Shown here in pieces: positions 39,437 to 48,470 of a stretch of 64,000 nucleotides of DNA. The stretch comes from an uncultured bacterium. GTDB lineage: Bacteria > Patescibacteriota > Microgenomatia > Levybacterales > UBA12049. Made by a program: the position numbers and the translations under genes. The stretch's first letter is position 1. The number at the start of each line of letters is the position of its first letter. The notes beneath the pieces were generated by a model. It saw nothing but the letters and a program-made list of their open reading frames with translations. It had not been told where the DNA came from and did not search any database. The stretch spans positions 170,814-234,813 of the forward strand of contig CAWGXL010000010.1 of NCBI GenBank assembly GCA_963826535.1, written 5' to 3'.

Positions 39437-40288
39437 ATGAATGTACTTACAGGCAAAACAGCATTAATTACCGGCGGAGCTCGTGGAATTGGAAAAGCAA
39501 TAGCAAGGCAATTTTTAGAAGATGGCGCTCTGGTATTGATTTGCTCAAGAAAAAAAGAAGAACTGGAAAAAACATGTAAAGAATTGGATCCATCGGGAAA
39601 AAAGTTATTTTATTTTGTAGCTGACATTTCCGTATACAACGACTGCGAAAACCTTTTTAATTACTCTCTAAAAATATTCAAAAAACTGGATATTTTAGTA
39701 AACAATGCGGGAGTCTACGGGCCAATTGGTCTACTCGTTGAAAACTCGCCGTCTGAATGGGTAAAAACAATTCACATAAACTTACTTGGTGCAGTTTATT
39801 GTACGAAACTAGCTCTTCCACAAATGAAGAAACAAAAAAAAGGCAAAATCATCAATCTCGCGGGAGCCGGCGTTGGGGGACAAAATCCTCTAAGTAGGTT
39901 TTCAGCATATTACACGTCCAAAGCCGGAATCGCAGCATTTACAGAAGTTATTGCCTCAGAAGTTAGTGAAGATAATATTCAAGTTAATTGTATTTCTCCC
40001 GGTGCAATAAACACTTATTTTATAGATTACCTTCTTTCTCAAGATCCAAAAAATGCAGGCCCAATGTATAAACAAGCGCTTGTTACAAAACGGACAGGCG
40101 GAGATTCTCCCGGCTCTGCAACCAAATTAGTCTCCTTCTTAGCCTCAGACGTAAGTAAAAACGTAACAGGAAAAATTTTGAGTGCAAAATGGGATAAAAT
40201 TGAATTATTAAAAAAATTAAATAAAAAAAACAAGAACTTGTTTACATTAAGAAGAATAGATGAGGAGCTTTTCAGTGAAAAAAAATAA
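39437..40288 (+). CDS. Short-chain dehydrogenase/reductase
   Basis: TGGARGIG, NNAG, YYTSK, NCISPG. Confidence 0.9.
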   Translation: MNVLTGKTALITGGARGIGKAIARQFLEDGALVLICSRKKEELEKTCKELDPSGKKLFYFVADISVYNDCENLFNYSLKIFKKLDILVNNAGVYGPIGLLVENSPSEWVKTIHINLLGAVYCTKLALPQMKKQKKGKIINLAGAGVGGQNPLSRFSAYYTSKAGIAAFTEVIASEVSEDNIQVNCISPGAINTYFIDYLLSQDPKNAGPMYKQALVTKRTGGDSPGSATKLVSFLASDVSKNVTGKILSAKWDKIELLKKLNKKNKNLFTLRRIDEELFSEKK

Positions 40289-41567
40289 TAAAGTCGGAGT
40301 TCTCGGTCTTTGGCATTTAGGTACAGTTTATTCTGCTTGTCTTGCAAAACTTGGATTTAGTGTTACAGGTTGGGATATTGATCTGGAAATAATTAATAAT
40401 CTCAAAAAGGGTTTGCCGCCCATAGAGGAACCCCGGCTCAAGGAAACCATAAATGAATTTCTGAATAGAAAACTTGATTTTGTAAGTAAACCAAAGGAAG
40501 CAATTAGTAACAAAAAATACTTATTTATCACTTTTGACGTACCGGTTGACAATAACGATAAAATAAATTTAACCATCATTGATAAAACTTTCAGTTTAAT
40601 CAGTAAATATATCTCGCCCCAAACCACTATAGTTATTTCCAGTCAATTACCTCTAGGATATTCAAGAAAGGGACTAGAATTAATCAAAAAAAAAGAACCT
40701 ACAATTAATGTAATTTATTTACCTGAAAATTTAAGATTAGGGACGGCATTTGAAAGTTTCCTAAAACCGGACAGAATAATAATTGGTTCGAGCGATAAAA
40801 AAATACTAGACATGTTTGAAAAAGATTTCGATTCTCTTAAGTGCCCTTTTATAAAGATCGGCCTGGAAAGCGCTGAAATGGTAAAACATTCACTAAATAG
40901 TTACCTGGCAATGATGATAAGCTTTAGTAGCGAAATAGGGGATCTATGTGAATTATTAGGCGCCAATATGGAAGAAGTAGTAACCGCTCTTAAAACAGAA
41001 AGAAGAATTAGCCCTTATGCACCGCTCAATCCAGGATTAGGTTTTGCTGGTGGCACATTAGGAAGAGATATTCAAACGTTGAGAAGATTAGGCAAAAAAA
41101 AAGGTTACAATTCATTATTGTTAGACTCGATTTATAAAGTAAATCAAAATCGCCTGCCCAACTTAGTAAAAAAAATAAAAACAACCCTCGTTTCTTTAAA
41201 AGAAAAAAAGATTGGTATACTTGGTCTGACCTACAAGCCCAACACGAATACACTTAGGAGATCAATGTCTTTAGAGCTCGCAAATATGTTAAGAATAGAA
41301 GGAGCATTAATTACAGCCTATGACCCCATGATAAAAGAACAGATAGAGAAATTTCATTTTATAAAAATCAAAAAAACAGAGAGTGATTTCTTTAAAGGCC
41401 TTGATCTAATTGTACTTATGACAGAATGGGCGGAATTTAAAAAAATAAATTGGAATGATAATTCCAAATTAATGAAGAATAGATTTATAATTGACACAAA
41501 AAACTTTATTGACACAAAAATACTTGACAAAAATAAAATTAAATATAGCCGGATAGGAATTTCGTAA
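40275..41567 (+). CDS. UDP-glucose/GDP-mannose dehydrogenase-family protein lacking the catalytic Cys (LmbL-like)
   Basis: PENLRLG, PDRIIIG, SAEMVK, GLTYK.NT..LR.S; GFAGGTLGRD replaces GFGGxCFPKD. GTG 40275 follows GAGGAG. Confidence 0.85.
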   Translation: MKKNNKVGVLGLWHLGTVYSACLAKLGFSVTGWDIDLEIINNLKKGLPPIEEPRLKETINEFLNRKLDFVSKPKEAISNKKYLFITFDVPVDNNDKINLTIIDKTFSLISKYISPQTTIVISSQLPLGYSRKGLELIKKKEPTINVIYLPENLRLGTAFESFLKPDRIIIGSSDKKILDMFEKDFDSLKCPFIKIGLESAEMVKHSLNSYLAMMISFSSEIGDLCELLGANMEEVVTALKTERRISPYAPLNPGLGFAGGTLGRDIQTLRRLGKKKGYNSLLLDSIYKVNQNRLPNLVKKIKTTLVSLKEKKIGILGLTYKPNTNTLRRSMSLELANMLRIEGALITAYDPMIKEQIEKFHFIKIKKTESDFFKGLDLIVLMTEWAEFKKINWNDNSKLMKNRFIIDTKNFIDTKILDKNKIKYSRIGIS

Positions 41568-41584
41568 AGAAGTGTAAACGGGTT

Positions 41585-42505
41585 TTATTGCTTTAACTTG
41601 GCCGTTCCATTTAATCTCCGGGAACGGGTAGTAAGATTCATTTCAGCATTTGCTGGCTTGGCCTCTCCGTTACTTGCATGCATCTCTTTCCATGCGTCAT
41701 CAAACTGCTTGATTGTCTCAACAGTTCTTTGGCTAAACAACATTGAGGTGAGTATTTCCGGTGTAGTAGTACAAATATGTCCTCCTGCTGCGAAAGCTTC
41801 ACCTACCATCGAAGCAGTTCGAATACTGCCAACGATAATCCGTAAATTATCATATCCGCCTTCCTTCAAAAATGTAGCCACAGAACTGACAATTAATTGC
41901 GGTTGTCCATTAATTTCCGATTCAAGACCAACCCGCGGATGGTTTGCCATAAAATCAAATCTGCTGCGATAATTTGCGCTGTCCTCAATAGACCTACCCC
42001 AAAACAAACTTAAAAATGAAGTCTTTAAATTATACCGTGCTGACAATGCCGCGAGAATCATCTGCTCAAAAGTCATAATAGTCGTTACATTAACAGCTAT
42101 ATCAAGCTTAACCAATTCTCTAATAACAAACAGACTTTTTGTAGTGTCGGGAATAAGTGGCACCTTTACAACTACATTCTCAGCAAGATCCGCATATCGT
42201 CTCGCTTCATCCAGCATCTCATCAGGGGTTGCTGTACTGTCCGACAACTCAACAGAAACAGGTTTGTCTTTCATTTCAGCACAAATATCCTTCACTACTT
42301 TGATGAAATTTTTAGGCTTTACACCCTCCTTTAACATGATCGCTTGATTTGAAGTAACCCCATCAATTGCTCCGGTAGCATTCCATTTCTGGATCTCTTC
42401 AATATTTGAAGAATCTATGAAGAGTGATCTGTTAAAATTATAAGATAATCCTTTTTGAAGAGAAAGTTCACCATTGGTAATGTGCAGAATACCGGATGTT
42501 TTCAT
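41585..42505 (-). CDS. tal: Transaldolase, short TalC/FSA-type family (LmbR-like)
   Basis: FIDSS, GVTSN, SVE, VVVKVP (Schiff-base Lys), NVT, SLFWGR, GSIR, F..AW. Confidence 0.85.
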   Translation of the reverse strand: MKTSGILHITNGELSLQKGLSYNFNRSLFIDSSNIEEIQKWNATGAIDGVTSNQAIMLKEGVKPKNFIKVVKDICAEMKDKPVSVELSDSTATPDEMLDEARRYADLAENVVVKVPLIPDTTKSLFVIRELVKLDIAVNVTTIMTFEQMILAALSARYNLKTSFLSLFWGRSIEDSANYRSRFDFMANHPRVGLESEINGQPQLIVSSVATFLKEGGYDNLRIIVGSIRTASMVGEAFAAGGHICTTTPEILTSMLFSQRTVETIKQFDDAWKEMHASNGEAKPANAEMNLTTRSRRLNGTAKLKQ

Positions 42506-42562
42506 GTGGGCTTACCTATATGTATACAGAATTTCCGCAGAAATTGCAAGTAGTATTTCTTT

Positions 42563-43282
42563 TTATGTGCGTAATGCAGGATGATAGACCATTAGATGCC
42601 AAAGCAATCCTTGAAAACTTTCAGCATATGGCGTAATTGTTTCTTCGGAAATCACAGGAACCAAAATGGAAACATCCGCAACTTTTCTCGTATACCCTCC
42701 ATTCCGGCTGACAATTCCCAAAACCATTGACCCAACACTTTTAGCATATTCAACAGCCCGGACAATATTTGTACTAACCTTTTTCTCCAAATTACCTCCA
42801 CCGACCGATAAAACCATTACTGCATCTTTCTTCGACAATTTCGATCCGGTTAACCATAGAGCAAACGCAGTATCCCATCCGTCATCATTTATACGCGCGG
42901 TTAACTCAGATACATTATCTACCACAGTATATGATTCTATGTGGGCGATTTTACGGAAATCATTTACAGCATGGGAACAATTTGCCGCACTTCCGCCCAC
43001 TCCCAATAAAAATAGTCTTCCTCCTCTCTTTTTAAGTAGAGCAAGACTATTAATTGTATTTTGAATTTCTTCATGAGAAAGTTTATCAATTACTTTCCTC
43101 GCTCCCTCCAAATAATTCGAAATGAAATATTGCTTAACTTGTCCGTCGCGAAATCCCTGATTTTCTTCTCGAAGTTTTATTACCTCAGACCTTAACACAT
43201 CTATCTGGCGACGTAACGAGCTACTTGATTCTTTAACAGGTGATTGAAGATTATTTCTGATGTTATTCATATCCCTTTTCAT
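42563..43282 (-). CDS. SIS-domain phosphosugar isomerase, divergent GmhA/LmbN-like, with an N-terminal coiled coil
   Basis: GVGGSAANCSHAVNDF, TARIND.GW, S.NIV.A...AK..G. Confidence 0.82.
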   Translation of the reverse strand: MKRDMNNIRNNLQSPVKESSSSLRRQIDVLRSEVIKLREENQGFRDGQVKQYFISNYLEGARKVIDKLSHEEIQNTINSLALLKKRGGRLFLLGVGGSAANCSHAVNDFRKIAHIESYTVVDNVSELTARINDDGWDTAFALWLTGSKLSKKDAVMVLSVGGGNLEKKVSTNIVRAVEYAKSVGSMVLGIVSRNGGYTRKVADVSILVPVISEETITPYAESFQGLLWHLMVYHPALRT

Positions 43283-43358
43283 TTATCAAAAAATTATAGA
43301 AATAGATTAGTTGATTTTTGTTTATTTTGCAAGTATCATTATGCAGTAAGTTTTATAT

Positions 43359-43949
43359 ATGACAAAAGCAGCATTTTATGATCGTGACGGAATTATTATA
43401 AAAATGGTATATGATTTGGAAAACGGGCTTATTGAAACGGCAAGCGCCATAGATCAGATTACATTCGTTCCCGGAATAATTAACCTCCTCAAGCATACGG
43501 CCAGCTTGGGATATAAAAATATAATAATCTCAAATCAAGCCGGTATCGGCATAAAAAAAATAAGCGAAGAGAAGTTTAATTCAATTAGTGATGAAATGCT
43601 GGAGAGATTAAGAAAACAAGGTGCAATAATAGACGCGCAGTATTATTGTTTCCACCATCCCTACGCAACAATAGAGAAATACAAAAAAAAATGCGACTGC
43701 CGCAAACCCAAACCTGGTTTACTTCATCAAGCCGCAAAAGAGCACGAAATAGATCTTAAAAAATCCTGGATGATCGGCGACAGTGTCAATGATGTACTAG
43801 CAGGTGAAAAAGCCGGATGTAAAACAATTCTTCTGGCAAATCTTTATGAATCCGAGTATCTCCATATTTTGGAAGAGAAACTTCAAGGAACAAAACCCGA
43901 TTATTTGATAAAGAAATTAAAAGATGCCATTAGCATAATCAAAAATTAA
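43359..43949 (+). CDS. gmhB: HAD-IIIA sugar bisphosphate phosphatase (GmhB/LmbK-like)
   Basis: DRDG, SNQ.GI, CFHHP, CDCRKPKPG, MIGDS..D. Confidence 0.88.
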   Translation: MTKAAFYDRDGIIIKMVYDLENGLIETASAIDQITFVPGIINLLKHTASLGYKNIIISNQAGIGIKKISEEKFNSISDEMLERLRKQGAIIDAQYYCFHHPYATIEKYKKKCDCRKPKPGLLHQAAKEHEIDLKKSWMIGDSVNDVLAGEKAGCKTILLANLYESEYLHILEEKLQGTKPDYLIKKLKDAISIIKN

Positions 43950-43953
43950 CTCT

Positions 43954-44715
43954 ATGAAAGCCATCATTATCGCCGGAGGCAAAGGAGAACGACTTCGTCC
44001 TCTCACAGACACTCTCCCCAAGCCAATGATTGAAGTAGCTGGCAAACCAATTATCGAACACATAATTAACTTACTCAAAAAAAACGGAATAACCGATTTT
44101 ATTTTTTCTCTCTGTTATTTACCCATTAAATTTAAAAACTATTTTGGAAATGGCAAACGATTTGGAATTAATATTCAATACATATACGAAAATGAAGCCT
44201 CCCCCCTTGGTACTGCCGGAAATTTGTCATTAGCCCGCGATTTAATTGACTCAACATTTATTGTTACTTATGCTGATATTTTACGGGATCTAAATATCGC
44301 TGATATGATCAAATTTCATAAAAACAAAAAAGCATTTGCCACACTTAATATTTATAAACGTTTTGGTGAAAATCCCAAAAGCAGTGTGTTGTTTGATAAA
44401 AATAATAAGATTACAAATTTCCTCGAACGACCAAAACCAAATGAACTTAATAATAACTTCGTCTGGGCAAACGGCTCATTCTACATTTTCGAACCTGCTA
44501 TATTTAATTTTATTCCGCATAACAAATTTACAGATTTCGGCAAAGACGTTTTCCCCAAACTCCTTAAAGACGGAAAAAATCTCTACGCCTATCCTTCAGA
44601 TAGTTTTTTTGTTGACATTGGCAATCATGAAAAGCTTGCCCAAGCTTCTGAAATGCTAAAATCTAAGAAGACAACTTTGGAGAAAGAAACGCCAACCAAA
44701 CCCCGGCTCCAATGA
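43954..44715 (+). CDS. Sugar-1-phosphate nucleotidyltransferase (HddC/LmbO-like)
   Basis: AGGKGERLRPLT..LPKPM, E..PLGTAG, YAD, DIG. Confidence 0.88.
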   Translation: MKAIIIAGGKGERLRPLTDTLPKPMIEVAGKPIIEHIINLLKKNGITDFIFSLCYLPIKFKNYFGNGKRFGINIQYIYENEASPLGTAGNLSLARDLIDSTFIVTYADILRDLNIADMIKFHKNKKAFATLNIYKRFGENPKSSVLFDKNNKITNFLERPKPNELNNNFVWANGSFYIFEPAIFNFIPHNKFTDFGKDVFPKLLKDGKNLYAYPSDSFFVDIGNHEKLAQASEMLKSKKTTLEKETPTKPRLQ

Positions 44716-45541
44716 TCAACACCCCGCCAATTATAACTTGCATTGATGGAGTTTCATTTAATAATATTATTCCGTACAGTATAGCTATCACCGGCTCACT
44801 CTTACCAAGTATTGAGGCATGAAGTGCTCGTGTTTGTATCAGGCCAGAAATATGAATAGCTGAAGCGATAACCGCAAAGATAATGCCAAATATTATAAGA
44901 GGAACAAAGTCTTGATTAGTAACATTGAATCCGCCAAATAAAAACATAAAAGGAAACATCATAATAACACTAAATGTATATCGCCAAAAACTTATAGTAC
45001 TTATCGTTAAACCTCTCTGGCTGGTAAGTCTAAAAAAAATAATTATAAGAGCATAAAAGAGAGCAGATGCAAGACCCAAAGTTATTCCCAGCAAATCCTG
45101 CCCGCTCTGCAAACTAATACCATTCCAATAAATGATTACTAGTCCCAAAATCGACACAACTAAAGCAGTCCATTCATATTTATTAGTTTTTTCTTTCAGA
45201 AAATATGGAGCTAGGAAAATAAGAAAAATCGAAACCATCTGATGCGGCAATGCCGTATTGGCAATAGAAGTCAAGCGGAAAGCCTGAAAATACATAAGAT
45301 CATTTGCAACAGCAAAAATCGCGAGCCCAAGAAGAAAAAGCAAATCCTTTCTATTTACCCACAACAAATTTCGTTTCAATGCAATCAGAAAAAATGAGAT
45401 AGCACCAACTAATTGGAAAAAGAAGAGAAATGAAATAGTAGGGATTGCAGGAAAAGCCCTGAGAAAAAGTGCGTAACTCCCAAAAATTAGCATCGCTATA
45501 AGAATAAGAGAGTCACCCTTTGCTTCCTTTGACAACTTCAT
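44663..45541 (-). CDS. EamA/DMT family transporter
   Basis: 10 TMs in two EamA repeats, LKEK, SEPV, LNE.P. Confidence 0.87.
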   Translation of the reverse strand: MKLSKEAKGDSLILIAMLIFGSYALFLRAFPAIPTISFLFFFQLVGAISFFLIALKRNLLWVNRKDLLFLLGLAIFAVANDLMYFQAFRLTSIANTALPHQMVSIFLIFLAPYFLKEKTNKYEWTALVVSILGLVIIYWNGISLQSGQDLLGITLGLASALFYALIIIFFRLTSQRGLTISTISFWRYTFSVIMMFPFMFLFGGFNVTNQDFVPLIIFGIIFAVIASAIHISGLIQTRALHASILGKSEPVIAILYGIILLNETPSMQVIIGGVLIIGAGVWLAFLSPKLSS

Positions 45542-45558
45542 ATAAGCCTTGATAATTA

Positions 45559-46557
45559 CTAACTTAAATTAATAAGCACCTTACTCCCTTCCCAATCAAA
45601 ACTAACATTTCTTTCTTCCAGCCCAATACTATTCATTCTTTGACGAAATTTGTTTTTATTTTTATTCACATAAAACACAAACCAGCCCCCGCCGCCTGCG
45701 CCCATAATCTTCCCTCCAAGGGCTCCTGCCTTCATCCCTTCTTTATACCATTCATCTATCTTCGAATTTGTAGAACTTGATTGACGGGTTTTTATTAACC
45801 AATGCGCGTGGAGTGTTGCGCCATATTCGTCAACTTTTCCCGATAGTAGATATTTTTTAGCAAGTTGCCCTAATTCTTTAATATCATCATACATATTAAT
45901 AAACTTTTTTGAATTTTCATCTTTTTTCATAACCGACTTTTTTCCCTCTCCATGTATTTTTGCCGTCTCATGCTGCATTCCGGTTCTGAAAAATAAAAAA
46001 TTACTTTCGAGTTGCGTTATAGTATCAACCGATAAACGCAGGGGAGTGACTGTAACTCGTCCTTTTTTATCAAGTTCAAAATAATTTATTCCTCCAAATG
46101 CCGTTATATACTGATCCTGCGGCCCGACAGGTTTTTGCAAACGATCAATCTCAATTTCGCAAGCCTCTTTTGCCAATTGAAGTGCTGACACCGGCTCTTT
46201 TTTATAAGCATGAAGGGCATGAAGCAGACCGACTTCAAAAGCTCCTGACCCCCCAATCCCTGATTTGCTCGTTGCCTCCGACATAGTTGAAATCTCAATC
46301 CCTTTTTTGACACCAGTCAAATCCAGACATTCTCTTACAATTGGATTTTGTAATTTTTTATAATCATTGGTTACTGTAATTGTTTCGCCATCGGAAATTT
46401 TTAACAGTTTAGGTTCCTCGAATTTACAAAGTGTTATAAAAATATATTTATCAATTGCAGCACTGATCCATGCCCCGCCTCTTAACTTCGCATACCAAAG
46501 AAGATCTGTCCCGCCTCCTGCCAGAGTAATTCTCATTGGAGTTTTAGTAATAATCAC
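45559..46557 (-). CDS. GHMP sugar kinase (HddA/LmbP-like)
   Basis: PMRITLAGGGTD, SGIGGSGA, VGPQDQY..AFGG, GGKIMGAGGGG. Start reassigned to GTG 46557. Confidence 0.9.
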   Translation of the reverse strand: MIITKTPMRITLAGGGTDLLWYAKLRGGAWISAAIDKYIFITLCKFEEPKLLKISDGETITVTNDYKKLQNPIVRECLDLTGVKKGIEISTMSEATSKSGIGGSGAFEVGLLHALHAYKKEPVSALQLAKEACEIEIDRLQKPVGPQDQYITAFGGINYFELDKKGRVTVTPLRLSVDTITQLESNFLFFRTGMQHETAKIHGEGKKSVMKKDENSKKFINMYDDIKELGQLAKKYLLSGKVDEYGATLHAHWLIKTRQSSSTNSKIDEWYKEGMKAGALGGKIMGAGGGGWFVFYVNKNKNKFRQRMNSIGLEERNVSFDWEGSKVLINLS

Positions 46558-46564
46558 AAAAATT

Positions 46565-46613
46565 ATTCTAGCACAATACATTCCTTTACAAAAGCCGATT
46601 TGTATCGTAAAAT
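46565..46613. promoter_or_regulatory. Back-to-back promoters for the kinase and HD-domain genes
   Basis: Minus strand: TGcTAGAAT (46565-46573), 7 nt before the GTG. Plus strand: TTTACA-17-TAAAAT (46585-46613). Confidence 0.6.
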
Positions 46614-46626
46614 CGGTTTTATTCAT

Positions 46627-47469
46627 ATGCCACGAGAAACATTTGTAGCTATTCGAAATCTTATAGCTCAATCTGAACCCATACCACCTGACCTGGCAGC
46701 AAAAGATGAGTTAAACAAACAGAAAGCAAAAACCTTTGATAGAATTGCCCAAGCTAACATGGGAGCTATGCGTATATTAAAGGAAGGTGGGGTTTTAGGC
46801 GGTGGGCCATTTGGTAAAGAAGCTAAAGAAACAGGATGGAGAAATGTTGGCGAACACAATGGCGCAGCATTATTTGTGTCACGTCCAATCGGAGAGCTTT
46901 GTGGTCTACCGCGAGGTGAGCAAAGAGAGCTTGAACATGCTGCTGGTATGCATGATTATGATAAACGGATACAACTAGAAGAGAGCAAGTTGGGGAAAAG
47001 AAGAACTTCTGAAGGTATAATGATCATAGAATATGATGCAAGTAAAGTAGCTCAAGATGAAGTTGATAATACAGGATTAGTCGGAGTAACAAAGGGCGAT
47101 TTAAGAGGACACGAAAAGTGGGGATACCAACAAATGGCTCTACGTTATACAGACTCAATTCTTGTCCCAATACCTAAAACTGCTCATACTGATATAGTTC
47201 ACTGGAGAGACAGAATTAATGAATTAAGAAAAAGACATCCCGATGCTGATAAAGAACAAGGTAGATTATACGGCGAGGGAGTACGATTCTATGACGTACT
47301 CGAGCGGATTATGGAAGAAATTGAACCTAAACTGTATGAAAGAGCAATTCTGGTCCGCCCTGAATTAAGAAAAAAATATCCAAGATCAGATATGTATTTT
47401 CAAATAGTTAAAGATCGAATTATGGCAAATATAAAAAACACGCCGTTAAAAACTCAAAAAGCTTCTTAG
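46627..47469 (+). CDS. HD-domain protein
   Basis: EH...AAGMHDYDKR...RYTD (H..HD..D); start set to ATG 46627, downstream of the promoter. Confidence 0.7.
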   Translation: MPRETFVAIRNLIAQSEPIPPDLAAKDELNKQKAKTFDRIAQANMGAMRILKEGGVLGGGPFGKEAKETGWRNVGEHNGAALFVSRPIGELCGLPRGEQRELEHAAGMHDYDKRIQLEESKLGKRRTSEGIMIIEYDASKVAQDEVDNTGLVGVTKGDLRGHEKWGYQQMALRYTDSILVPIPKTAHTDIVHWRDRINELRKRHPDADKEQGRLYGEGVRFYDVLERIMEEIEPKLYERAILVRPELRKKYPRSDMYFQIVKDRIMANIKNTPLKTQKAS

Positions 47470-47473
47470 AGTT

Positions 47474-48241
47474 TTAGGCCTTGATATACCCGGATAAATT
47501 TCTCAGTCGCTCAATTATTATTTGTAGTAAATTTCTTAAAAGTTTTTTCCTATCCCAATTTTTCCAGATTACTAAAAACCAATTTTTTAAGTCCTGCTTC
47601 TGCTTAAACTTACCCATTCGAGAAGAAGTTGCATTTTTCTTATGCATTACCTCAATATTCCTATCAACCCCAAAACTATACCCTTTCCTTTTCATTCGCA
47701 GAAACAAATCAACATCCTCGAGATATGCAAAAAACCGCGCGTCAAAACCGCCCATTGCATCAAAATCTTTTTTTCTAATCAGCAAACAAGCTGCAGTAAG
47801 ACCGTCAAGCGTACGCTGATCAAACTTAGCCATATCAAAATTCAATTCTACCCGCCCGATCGGCAAAACCCGATAGCCGATATTTTCAATGTTCCCTTTG
47901 TTGTCTCTCAAAACAGGACTCACTGCGCTATAGTTATTTTTTTCCGCAAATTTAAGAAGTTGATCAATATATTTAGTATGTTTAATAACTACATCATCAT
48001 TAAGAATAAGCAGCCATTCAGTTTTCGCCTCTTTAGCCCCAATATTAATAGCTCTCGCAAATCCGGTGTTTTTCTTTTGCGGAAAATAATTTACATTCTC
48101 AACATTACAAAGCTCACGCTTTTCTTTAGTTGATTGATTATCGATTACCATGATAGGTATATCTGTCAATTTAAGTTTATATATTAATTTCGAGAAACCC
48201 TCAGTGTTTGTAAATGTTGGGATAATAATAGTAATACTCAT
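47474..48241 (-). CDS. GT2 glycosyltransferase (WbbL-like)
   Basis: NTGFARAIN, LNDD, TAACLL, GGFD.RFFAYLEDVD. Confidence 0.87.
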   Translation of the reverse strand: MSITIIIPTFTNTEGFSKLIYKLKLTDIPIMVIDNQSTKEKRELCNVENVNYFPQKKNTGFARAINIGAKEAKTEWLLILNDDVVIKHTKYIDQLLKFAEKNNYSAVSPVLRDNKGNIENIGYRVLPIGRVELNFDMAKFDQRTLDGLTAACLLIRKKDFDAMGGFDARFFAYLEDVDLFLRMKRKGYSFGVDRNIEVMHKKNATSSRMGKFKQKQDLKNWFLVIWKNWDRKKLLRNLLQIIIERLRNLSGYIKA

Positions 48242-48470
48242 AATCTATATTATAGCTGCTAAGTGAATCTTTTTGTGATAGTTTTTATAATAAATGCAGA
48301 CTGTAACAAATAAGAAAAAGCTATAACCAAAATAAAAAAGTAAGAGAATAAACGGTAATATACTACGTTCTAAGCTCCACTACACTCAATGATTATAACA
48401 AAGTCATATATTTTTTGTTCTAAATTTGGGATAATAAGTCAATAATGCTAAAATAGAAGAGCTATTACAT

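Noticed and set aside
34137-46557. An actual lincosamide antibiotic cluster
   Set aside because: No aminotransferase, thiol-transfer, amino-acid/NRPS or resistance genes; the context is entirely surface glycan
46558-46671. N-terminal extensions giving overlap of the kinase and HD ORFs
   Set aside because: Family homology begins at GTG 46557, and the interval contains both promoters
48245-48378. Hydrophobic minus-strand frame (WSLERSILPFILLLFYFGYSFF...)
   Set aside because: No start codon; it may be a membrane-gene remnant but I found no parent, and T-rich DNA gives such peptides by chance
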